Assembly (NCBI GenBank): GCA_045606805.1
Contig: JAZUSP010000047.1
Coordinates: 5,087-69,086, forward strand
Source of the DNA: Elusimicrobiaceae bacterium
Lineage (GTDB): Bacteria > Elusimicrobiota > Elusimicrobia > Elusimicrobiales > Elusimicrobiaceae
Direction of reading: 5' to 3'
DNA length: 64,000 nt
Part shown: positions 39,936-47,982 of the stretch, piece by piece
Numbering within the stretch: position 1 is the first letter of the stretch
Layout of the letters: each line of letters begins with the position of its first letter
Program-made: the position numbers and the translations under genes
Notes under the pieces: model-generated
Seen by the model: only the letters and a program-made list of their open reading frames with translations
Databases searched by the model: none
What the model was told of the DNA's origin: nothing

Positions 39936-40083
39936 GTCATCCTGAGTCGCGGCATTATCACTAGCCGCGCCCCGCATAGTGTCTTAATACGGGGTCCCAG
40001 GATCTTCAACGCTTGCTGTTTTGCTGTAACAGCGACAACCACAACAACATGCGTGGAAGATCCCAAATCAAGTTTGAGATGAC
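39936..40083. repeat. Intergenic GTCATCC-type double-hairpin element with the same nested insert as in pilins 2 and 5
   Basis: GTCATCCTGAG-[..CCCCGCATAGTGTCTTAATACGGGGTC]-CCAGGATCTTCAACGCTTGC..GCGTGGAAGATCCCAAATCAAGTTTGAGATGAC. Confidence 0.85.
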
Positions 40084-40174
40084 TATATGATTTCGAAAAA
40101 TCAGCTTATCGTAAATTTTACCCTGTGTTTGGGGAAGTACTGACAAGTTCTACAGGCCCAAAGAATTTTTCATA

Positions 40175-40771
40175 CTAATTGGCAAAGGCGAGCGTTTGGC
40201 ATAATTTTTTACCATAATCTGTACGCCCGTCACAAACGATTTTATTGGGTGCTGTGGAATGATGCGCAAAATAATATATTATAAGTAAATCTGGATTGGA
40301 TGCAGGATAAGAAAGTGTTACCATCCAAGCCTTGGGATCTGCCTGTCTTCCTGAGATGTTATCAATCTCGCTAGAAGGACATTCGATGATGGACGCATCC
40401 TCTGTACTCATTTTGCAATTTCCCGGAATATCAAAGTCTAACTTCGAGATGTTGGATGCATATCCTCCGTTTGCCAAATAATATACTTCTTGTGCTTTGC
40501 GAACGTTGTCAACTATGGGTAGCAAAGTGCTTACACGGCTTTTATCTACAGTTAACTTGTATTGCGGCACGGCCACTGCCGCTAAAATGCCGATAATAAG
40601 CACAACGACTAACAACCCAGGGAGCGTCAAACCTCGGGCCACACACTTCGCCATCCCGCAGGCCTGTAGCGCGGGATATAAGTGTGGGCCCGCCCCTATA
40701 CCCCGCACAGTTACACTGCGGGGTGACGAGGGGCAGAAATTGATTACTTCGATAGATTTTTCTTTTTTCAT
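40175..40771 (-). CDS. Type IV pilin-like protein 7 with degenerate methylation motif
   Basis: G|[24 protein letters not shown] instead of FTLIELL; 47-aa repeat-derived leader. Confidence 0.82.
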   Translation of the reverse strand: MKKEKSIEVINFCPSSPRSVTVRGIGAGPHLYPALQACGMAKCVARGLTLPGLLVVVLIIGILAAVAVPQYKLTVDKSRVSTLLPIVDNVRKAQEVYYLANGGYASNISKLDFDIPGNCKMSTEDASIIECPSSEIDNISGRQADPKAWMVTLSYPASNPDLLIIYYFAHHSTAPNKIVCDGRTDYGKKLCQTLAFAN

Positions 40772-41066
40772 ACATGTTCTCCTAAGTTAATTTGCAATTT
40801 AACCTGCTTGGAACACGTATAAGAACGGCCGACACACTTGAGCTACTCGACTAACCCAAATATAACAGCCGTAGTTTACTGATATTACACAAGGTAATAC
40901 CAGCAAACATTCAGCACATTGCTTTCAAGGGATCAGCAAGAAAACAATGTGCCTTAAACGACTGTTCTTGGAGTCGAGTAAGCTAATCTTTATAATTAGC
41001 GTTCCGTATTCCACATACGGTTCCAAAAACAGAGTAGAAATTGTACCTATAGTATAATAAAAAAAT
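40772..41066 (-). ncRNA. Conserved structured 5' leader of pilin cassette, copy L7
   Basis: TATACT -10; stems UACUCGACU/AGUCGAGUA, AACAGUCGU/ACGGCUGUU, GGCACAUU/AAUGUGCU, GAAUGUUU, GGCCGUU. Confidence 0.8.
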
Positions 41067-41133
41067 GGTAGAAATTCAAACCTCCGGTTTTGTTTTTAAA
41101 ACCGGGGGTTGCTCAGTTCGTAAAGCAGAAAAC

Positions 41134-43653
41134 TTATTTGCGTTTAAAGAACTGTTTAACTCTGTCCGTCAAGTTTTGGGCGCTGGCTTTTAAACCGGGA
41201 ATGGTTTTATTTTCCATACGTCTAAATAACTTAGCCGAAATCAAGGCCAAGACGGACGGAATCCCGATCAGCGTGGCAATCGTCGCATCCCCTTCGCCCA
41301 AAATACCGGCATTCATGAGGGTTTGGGCTACTTCGGTCAGCAAGTACGGCCCTACCGCACAGGAAATCGCCGTGGCCATGATGAGCGAAGTCACGCGGTC
41401 CTGCGTGGCATGGTTGTGCGCGGTGCGCGCAAACGCCAACGAGAATCCGGTCGAAATCCCTAACTCAGCCGTAAACAAAGCCGCGGTTAAGGCGTACGGG
41501 TCGTGCGTAGCGAACAGTGAGGTAATCCCCCCCGTTGCAGCCAATAACGTGGCAATGCTCACGTTGCGTTTGGGAAACCATTTTAAAAAGAACGGCGCCA
41601 GCATACGCCCGGCCAAGAACGCCACGGCGTATTGGGCCATCCCAAACAAGTATTGGTCCGATTCGTTTGCTGTTAATTGCGGAATCATAAACAGAAATCC
41701 GCTTTGGTACGCTACTTCAACTGCGTTCATTAAAAATAACGCGCTGATAAAGCTACCCACGCCCGGCTCTTCGCGCAAAAGGCGCACATAGCTGTTGTTT
41801 AAAATGGAATCTTTCCATTTCATCGCTTTGCGGGGTTTAATGCCTTGCATAACGGGCGATTGGGCCACTTTCAGGTTTGCCGCCTTTTGTACAACGGGTT
41901 TGGTGTTGGGCAGCTTGGCTAAATTGAGTGCAATCGCCGAACCGCCGACAATCGGCAACGCCAAGAGGAACGGTGCGCTCCAATCCATGCCTAACATTTT
42001 GGTAGCAATAAACGGAAATGCAAACGACGCCATCATGCCAATTGAGCGGCTCAGCTCCACATACGCCCCGCGCGATTGACGCACCAGCGCGTCGGCATGT
42101 TTACTAATTTCCGTCATTACCGGGCCAACTGCATTGTGAATAAATACACACCCTGTGCTGGCTGCCGTTAATGCGGCTAACAGCCAACCGTACTGGGCCA
42201 TGGGGTCTTCCCACGCGGTAAAAGAACCGTCAAAACCTAAGGCCGTAGCACCTAAAGTAAAACTCCCCCCGGCCAAGGCGAGGCCGGCGTTAATGGTGCC
42301 TTTGCGGCCGATTTTAGTTTTGAGCCAGTTCGCAATAAACGAGCCGAACAAATACGGCGAGAACGTGGCCGCTGTCACTAAAATAGCTGAGGTAAGCGGC
42401 AAATTTAAAGCCGTTTTAATGCTGGCCATAATCGGCGTGCCGATTTCCAACCCGATGGAAAACGCCGTCAAATACAACGCCGCGCGTTGGGCAAAGTTGG
42501 CGGGCTGTGTCGGGTCAAACGGTTTAGGAGCTACTTTTTTTAAAGCTGCTTTCAATTGTGCCAAGGCCTTGTTGTTGGCAACGCTGTCGGCTGCTTTGTT
42601 CGCCATGGCAAGCGCGGCGGTTTGGGTCGGGGCGACCACTAATTTTTCCGCAACCGGGGCCCGGAGTTCAGGCTCATTTTGCCCGCGGTTTTTGGTTGGA
42701 TTAAGGGGCGCATTTTCATCCGTTTCTAGCTTAATTTCTTTTGTGGCAATGGCAGCTGGTTTTAAGGTAGGATTTACGGCTAACGGCCCGCGCCCGGCGT
42801 TCATATATAAGTAGGTGGCCTGTGCCGACGGGTTTACCGCCACTTGGTTGAGCGGGCCAAGTTTGGCTAAATCAGCTTGCACGGCGCCCACATCCACGGG
42901 GTTGCGGATGCCGTTTTCACTACCAAAGATATAGGTAAGTAATTTATGTTCTTGGGCGTATTGTGCCAGGCCGTCCCACAATTCGGGCTGGACACGGCTG
43001 GAGCGGGAGAGCTCTTCTAATTGGCTATAAGCTTCCAAACGTAGCAAGGCGCGCGCAGCGGCGGCCGTTACAATAGCCTCTTGCGCGGTACCTTGCGTTT
43101 TAAGGGCGGTTCGGTAAATCAGTTCCCCGTCAGCTTTGTTACCCAGTAACCCTAACGACGCAATATCCGCCACCGTACCTATGGCCGGTAATACCATGCC
43201 TTCAAACAATACTTTTTGTTCTGCTTGTAAATTGGTACGGTAGAAATTAGTGGCCGTTTCAATATCCTGGGGGCTGGCTTTGCCGTTTAAGGCTAAGGCC
43301 ACAAAGTCCGAGCGTAACAAAAGCGCGCGTTCTTTGGCGTTGTTATGCATCAGGATTTGGCGGGCAGGCGGCAACAGCGGGTTGCGGTTGCCCAAGAGTG
43401 CCGCATAATTTTGCGTCAGCGGCAGACGCATGCCGTTTAAGGCAGCTTGTTCAATGCGTTTGCCGAAGGCAAGGCTGGCCGCAGTATTTTTGACACCTGC
43501 GGGTAAGTTTGCAGCGGGTAATTTAACAGACGGTGCTTTAAACGCTTTTCCGGCACCTTGGACCAGTTTTCTGGGGGCAACTTGCGCCAAGACCGGGCTT
43601 GCGTTGAGCACCAGTAAGTTAACACTTAACAGTACAGCTATTATTTTTTTCAT
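41134..43653 (-). CDS. Signal peptide + ~380-aa soluble region fused to an MFS-type 12-TM transporter (FucP-like)
   Basis: The C-terminal ~450 aa has alternating TM helices, KTKIGRKGTINAG and GRMLAPFFLKWFPKR loop motifs, and two 6-TM halves. Confidence 0.72.
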   Translation of the reverse strand: MKKIIAVLLSVNLLVLNASPVLAQVAPRKLVQGAGKAFKAPSVKLPAANLPAGVKNTAASLAFGKRIEQAALNGMRLPLTQNYAALLGNRNPLLPPARQILMHNNAKERALLLRSDFVALALNGKASPQDIETATNFYRTNLQAEQKVLFEGMVLPAIGTVADIASLGLLGNKADGELIYRTALKTQGTAQEAIVTAAAARALLRLEAYSQLEELSRSSRVQPELWDGLAQYAQEHKLLTYIFGSENGIRNPVDVGAVQADLAKLGPLNQVAVNPSAQATYLYMNAGRGPLAVNPTLKPAAIATKEIKLETDENAPLNPTKNRGQNEPELRAPVAEKLVVAPTQTAALAMANKAADSVANNKALAQLKAALKKVAPKPFDPTQPANFAQRAALYLTAFSIGLEIGTPIMASIKTALNLPLTSAILVTAATFSPYLFGSFIANWLKTKIGRKGTINAGLALAGGSFTLGATALGFDGSFTAWEDPMAQYGWLLAALTAASTGCVFIHNAVGPVMTEISKHADALVRQSRGAYVELSRSIGMMASFAFPFIATKMLGMDWSAPFLLALPIVGGSAIALNLAKLPNTKPVVQKAANLKVAQSPVMQGIKPRKAMKWKDSILNNSYVRLLREEPGVGSFISALFLMNAVEVAYQSGFLFMIPQLTANESDQYLFGMAQYAVAFLAGRMLAPFFLKWFPKRNVSIATLLAATGGITSLFATHDPYALTAALFTAELGISTGFSLAFARTAHNHATQDRVTSLIMATAISCAVGPYLLTEVAQTLMNAGILGEGDATIATLIGIPSVLALISAKLFRRMENKTIPGLKASAQNLTDRVKQFFKRK

Positions 43654-43697
43654 TTTTCCTCATTACTAATCTGAGCATTCTACTAATCGTTTAACTA

Positions 43698-43733
43698 AAA
43701 ACCCGCCCTTTTCTTTGTTTAGGGCGGGTTTGT
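43698..43733 (-). terminator. Intrinsic terminator located upstream of the MFS-fusion start codon
   Basis: On the minus strand AAACCCGCCC..GGGCGGGTTTTT, about 45 nt before the ATG at 43653. Confidence 0.7.
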
Positions 43734-43754
43734 ATTTCTAAATCGGTTTCATTC

Positions 43755-43865
43755 TTATTTACAAACACTCCCTGTCATACGTTCACGCATAATAGATAAT
43801 ACCGGGCTAAAGGACTCTAGCACGGACCAGTTATTATAAATAGTATGACAGCAAATGTTCATCAT
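43755..43865 (-). CDS. Possible 36-aa leader/small peptide
   Basis: MMNICCHTIYNNWSVLESFSPVLSIMRERMTGSVCK*, preceded by AAGGG and TATAAT; it could be a chance ORF. Confidence 0.3.
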   Translation of the reverse strand: MMNICCHTIYNNWSVLESFSPVLSIMRERMTGSVCK

Positions 43866-44009
43866 TTTAAATTACCCTTTTACTGCAACAACATAATTAT
43901 ACCAAAAAACAAAACGTGCGTACAACTATATTTTTGCTTACCTAATATATTATACAATAATTTTAAAATAGGGATGCAATAAAATAAAAAGGAATTGTGT
44001 TATTAAACT

Positions 44010-44585
44010 ATGACAAACTTGAGCGCGCAAAATGATGATGAGTTGATACAAACTTTTGTTTCCGGGCAGCCGCAGGCTTTTGAAGAGCTGGTATTGCGTT
44101 ACAAAAACAGTTTGTACCAATATATTATGAGCCTGGTGCACGATGAAGGAGCCGCCGGGGATTTATTCCAGGACGTGTTTTTGGCCCTTTATAAGCACGC
44201 GGCGGACTTTAAGGCTCAGGGCAAAGTGAAAGCGTGGCTGTTTTTAACGGCGCGCAACAAAACGCTCAATTATTTTCGGGACCGCAAAGAACACATTTCT
44301 TTGGACGAACCCGACGAAGAAGGAAACGAATTTTGGCACGAAGTATTGCCGGACGGCGAGGCAGACCACCTGGAGCAGTTAACCAGCCGGGAAGGGTTAG
44401 AAAGGCTCAAAAAAGCCATTGACAGTTTGCCCCCCCGCCAAAAGGAAGCGATTTATTTGCGGCAGTATTTATCGTTTGCGGAAATGGCGCAAGTGCAACA
44501 CCGTCCGTTGGGTACGGTACTGGCCGATTGTCACCGCGCAGTGGCGAAAGTGCGCCACTTATTAGCAAGTGAGGAGTTTTTATGA
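44010..44585 (+). CDS. ECF RNA polymerase sigma factor
   Basis: Region 2 (AGDLFQDVFL, KAWLFLTARNKTLNYFR) and region 4 (LPPRQKEAIYLR..SFAEMA..GTV). Confidence 0.92.
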   Translation: MTNLSAQNDDELIQTFVSGQPQAFEELVLRYKNSLYQYIMSLVHDEGAAGDLFQDVFLALYKHAADFKAQGKVKAWLFLTARNKTLNYFRDRKEHISLDEPDEEGNEFWHEVLPDGEADHLEQLTSREGLERLKKAIDSLPPRQKEAIYLRQYLSFAEMAQVQHRPLGTVLADCHRAVAKVRHLLASEEFL

Positions 44586-44887
44586 AACGCGAAATGTTTG
44601 AAGATGTCATTAGCCAAGCTCTAGCCGCCCCGGCCGCTCCGGCCGAGTTGGTGGATAAAGTATTTGCCAAAACTACGCGCCGCCAAAGCTGGTTTGCCCG
44701 CTATAAAATGGCGTTAGTCGGCGGGGTAGCGGCAGTAGTAGTGGGGGTGTGCGTGGGCGTGGGGCATTATGTGCATACAACGCCGTCGTACGATAAGGCC
44801 CAACTGGTGGTATATATGAGCCAAACAGCGCAAGACGAATATGCCACTTTTTTAAGTGATTTGGAGTTGTTTGAACAAGAATTCTAG
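44582..44887 (+). CDS. Putative membrane anti-sigma factor
   Basis: Overlaps the sigma gene stop; single TM helix. Confidence 0.7.
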   Translation: MKREMFEDVISQALAAPAAPAELVDKVFAKTTRRQSWFARYKMALVGGVAAVVVGVCVGVGHYVHTTPSYDKAQLVVYMSQTAQDEYATFLSDLELFEQEF

Positions 44888-44897
44888 GAGGTTAAGT

Positions 44898-45530
44898 ATG
44901 AAGAAACTTATGTTCGCGTTAGTCGTGGCGGCGGTAGCCATGCCCGCGTTAGCGCAAGAAGTAAAAGCCCCGGTGGGCAAAGACGCCCCCGCCATATCCC
45001 GCACAGAAGCTATGCGGGATGACATGCGGGACCACGAAGCCTTTAAAAAAGCCCGTGAAGAACACAAAGCTCAACTAAAGGCGACGGAAGAAAAAATGGA
45101 AAAACTTGTGAAAGAATATAACAAGTTAAAACCCGGCAAGAAAAAAGACGCCAAACGCGCCGAAATTGCACAGGAACTGCGCGCCATGCACGAGAAACAA
45201 CTGGAGTTCAAAAAAGACCAGTTAGTGAAATTTGAGGAACGCCTCTCGCGCATGAAAGCGGAATTTGCAAAAGAAAACTCCGCCGAAGGCCGGGCCGAAT
45301 GGGTCAACCAAAAAACGGACGCTTTGATTGCCGCCGATGGCGACTTAAAAGCCGTTTTCGGCCACCCCGGTAAGCACCGCCCGCACATGGGTAAAGACGG
45401 TGAGTGCCCCTGCATGGGCGAGAAGAAAGATTGTCCGTGCAAAAAAGGGTTTATGGGCAAAGGCCCCAAAGGGTTTGGCCACAAAGGCCCGCGCGGTCCT
45501 CGCCCGGATGGGCCGGACTTTGACGACTAA
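44898..45530 (+). CDS. Secreted helical protein, Spy/CpxP-like, with His/Cys/Gly-rich tail
   Basis: Signal peptide MKKLMFALVVAAVAMPALA, charged coiled-coil core; cotranscribed with the ECF pair. Confidence 0.6.
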   Translation: MKKLMFALVVAAVAMPALAQEVKAPVGKDAPAISRTEAMRDDMRDHEAFKKAREEHKAQLKATEEKMEKLVKEYNKLKPGKKKDAKRAEIAQELRAMHEKQLEFKKDQLVKFEERLSRMKAEFAKENSAEGRAEWVNQKTDALIAADGDLKAVFGHPGKHRPHMGKDGECPCMGEKKDCPCKKGFMGKGPKGFGHKGPRGPRPDGPDFDD

Positions 45531-45558
45531 TTGCCTATAAAGAATTAGCCAAACTTAA

Positions 45559-45585
45559 ACGCCCCCGCAATCACTTGCGGGGGCT
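45559..45585. terminator. Terminator between the ECF operon and pilin 8
   Basis: GCCCCCGCAA-TCAC-TTGCGGGGGC. Confidence 0.78.
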
Positions 45586-45590
45586 AATTT

Positions 45591-46070
45591 TTATAAAGGG
45601 ACCCAACAAGTACGTGCATTATTACAGCTTGTGTTTAGTAACGATAAACATAGCTTTTTCTTATATGTATTGCCTCCATACCAACATATTACGTGATCTT
45701 GGTCATAATATTTTTCTAAGGTGGGAAGTTGGCCTTTTATATCTTCAATTTTTGTACTGTTATGGATTCCGCCTTCACGGTATAACTTATATTGCACGTC
45801 ACTATAAATTACCTGAGTTGCACTTGTATTAGTAGTTCCGGCAGGTAATTCTACATCTAACTTACTAAAATCGTCGGCATGATCTCCGTTTGCCAAATAA
45901 TAGACTTGTTGGGCAGTATCAATGGCTTTAATAACGGGTAGTACCCGCGATAGGCGTGCTTTATCTACAGCTATCTTATATTGCGGCAGGGCCACCGCGG
46001 CCAAAATGCCGATGATTAAAACAACTACTAACAACTCAATGAGGGTAAACCCCCGTTTTTTCCATTCCAT
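45591..46070 (-). CDS. Type IV pilin-like protein 8 (short leader)
   Basis: MEWKKRG|[24 protein letters not shown]; two C-terminal Cys pairs. Confidence 0.93.
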   Translation of the reverse strand: MEWKKRGFTLIELLVVVLIIGILAAVALPQYKIAVDKARLSRVLPVIKAIDTAQQVYYLANGDHADDFSKLDVELPAGTTNTSATQVIYSDVQYKLYREGGIHNSTKIEDIKGQLPTLEKYYDQDHVICWYGGNTYKKKLCLSLLNTSCNNARTCWVPL

Positions 46071-46356
46071 AAACATGCTCCTAATTTTTTAATTTCAATT
46101 TTCTTCTGTTTATGAAACGTAATAAAAACGACTGGACATAAACCAGGTCTCTACACAGACACCCATTCACACCAGTCGTGGCCTTTTGTCATAGACAAAA
46201 AACACTCAGCACTAAACAACAGGCTCATGACTTCCTGTCATCTAGTGCTTAAAAACGACTGTTCTTGACTGTGTAGAGAGTTCCTAACGGAACTGTCCCG
46301 TATTCCACATACGGTTCAAAAACAGATTAAATTGTACCTACAGTATAATAAAAAAG
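46071..46356 (-). ncRNA. Conserved structured 5' leader of pilin cassette, copy L8
   Basis: TATACT -10; stems CUCUACACAG/CUGUGUAGAG, CAGUCGU/ACGACUG, AGCACUA/UAGUGCU, GAGUGUUU, downstream CAGUCGUUUU. Confidence 0.8.
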
Positions 46357-46396
46357 CACGCATTTTTCAATGCGTGCTTAAAGAGAATGCGGCGTT

Positions 46397-46717
46397 TTAT
46401 TTCATAACATCTTTCCAAGCTTGCACTTCCGTGTTCACTTGGTTTTTGGTGTCATCAATTTTTTGTTTGACTTGCGTTTTTACCTGGCTGACTACGCCGT
46501 TGGTTTCGCTGCTTGCCTTGGCGGCTTCGCTGTTTTCGCGCGCGGCTTGGTAAGCCTGTTTGGCTTCTTGCAATTTTTGGCGCGTTTCGGCCGATTTTTG
46601 CAAGGCTTCGTCCAACGTGAGCGGCTGATTAGCCGTTGTCGCGGCGGTGTTACTGCCGGTAGAAGCACACCCCGCGGCTAAGGCAGCTAATACGCCTAAA
46701 ACAAATAATTTTTTCAT
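46397..46717 (-). CDS. Small lipoprotein
   Basis: Lipobox LAAGC followed by a coiled-coil. Confidence 0.8.
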   Translation of the reverse strand: MKKLFVLGVLAALAAGCASTGSNTAATTANQPLTLDEALQKSAETRQKLQEAKQAYQAARENSEAAKASSETNGVVSQVKTQVKQKIDDTKNQVNTEVQAWKDVMK

Positions 46718-46798
46718 GTGAATACTCCTTTATGTAAAATAACACTTATATTTTACAATTTCTATTTTAACCGTGCAAAGAATTGCTACAATAAAGGT

Positions 46799-47530
46799 AT
46801 GACAGAACTGCAAACTTTTATTTCTTGGCTCAAAAACGCACGCTATGCCACCGCGTTTACGGGGGCGGGTGTGAGCGTGGAAAGCGGCATTGCGCCGTTT
46901 ACCGGGGCGGGCGGACTTTGGAATCAGTACGACCCTCAGTTTATTGAAATCAATTTTTTCCTTTCCAATCCTACGCGCAGTTGGGAGGAAATGAAAAAGA
47001 TTTTCTTTACCGATATGGACGAAGCAAAACCCAACAAAGCTCACCAGGTGCTTGCCGCGCTGGAAACGCAAGGCTTACTAAAAGGTATTATCACGCAAAA
47101 CATTGACGGTTTGCACCAACGCGCGGGCAGTAAAAACGTGGCCGAATTTCACGGCACCATTCACACGCTCTCGTGTTTGTCGTGCGGGCGCAAATACCGC
47201 TTAGAAGACGTAAATTTAGACGACGTTCCCCCCGCCTGTATGTGCGGCCACGTCTTAAAACCCGATTTTGTTTTTTATGGCGAGGGCATCCCCCCGCGCG
47301 CCTACGAACACGCCGCCCAACTGTCGCAAGACACGGATTTAATGATTATTATCGGCACAGCGGGCCAGGTAATGCCGGCGTGCAGTTTGCCTTATGCGGC
47401 CAAAGAACACGGTGCCAAAATTGTGGAGATTAACCCGCAACCCTCAGCTTATACCGGGCAACTGACGGACTTATATTTCCCGTATAAAGCGGGCGAATTG
47501 TTTGCCCAGTTTGAAAAAGAGTTCCAATAA
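46799..47530 (+). CDS. cobB: NAD-dependent deacylase (sirtuin)
   Basis: FTGAGVSVESGI, TQNIDGLH, HG, CxxC..CxC zinc motif, KPDFVFYGE and IIIGT motifs. Confidence 0.95.
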   Translation: MTELQTFISWLKNARYATAFTGAGVSVESGIAPFTGAGGLWNQYDPQFIEINFFLSNPTRSWEEMKKIFFTDMDEAKPNKAHQVLAALETQGLLKGIITQNIDGLHQRAGSKNVAEFHGTIHTLSCLSCGRKYRLEDVNLDDVPPACMCGHVLKPDFVFYGEGIPPRAYEHAAQLSQDTDLMIIIGTAGQVMPACSLPYAAKEHGAKIVEINPQPSAYTGQLTDLYFPYKAGELFAQFEKEFQ

Positions 47531-47582
47531 ATAAAAATCCCCCGGCATATACCGGGGGATTTTCACGTCAAAACAAGGTTTC

Positions 47583-47912
47583 TTAGTTTTTGCTCGGCAT
47601 CAAATAGAGCACGAACAAGATGAGCCAGCCGATTACCGGCAGAATCAACAGAAGTAGTAACCACGGGGTAAACCCGCCGTCACGCAAACGGCGCGCGGCA
47701 ATCCCTAACGAAGGGAGCAAAATAGCCAGTTGGCACACAAAATACAAAATGTTGCCTGCCTTACCAAAAAAACTCAGTATCAAAGACAACACTAAAAATA
47801 CTAAGAAGCTAAACAGCACCCACAACCAAAAGTGTTTGCGGTCCGCTTTCCCGGCAAAATCAATGTAATGATTTTTAATCGGGTCAATAAAATACGTGCT
47901 AAATACTTTCAT
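47583..47912 (-). CDS. DUF805 (YhaH-like) membrane protein
   Basis: FAGKADRKHFW and LPSLGIAARRLRD motifs. Confidence 0.9.
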   Translation of the reverse strand: MKVFSTYFIDPIKNHYIDFAGKADRKHFWLWVLFSFLVFLVLSLILSFFGKAGNILYFVCQLAILLPSLGIAARRLRDGGFTPWLLLLLILPVIGWLILFVLYLMPSKN

Positions 47913-47982
47913 ACAACCTCCTTTAAGTTAAACTGCTACCTTTAGCATACAATAAAATACAAACTTTTTGCAAGACCAAAAA

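Noticed and set aside
40085-40150. Possible empty pilin cassette (remnant of the leader 3' block next to a REP element)
   Set aside because: The similarity is limited to about 20 nt, and the adjacent repeat is in the opposite orientation to those in pilin leaders.
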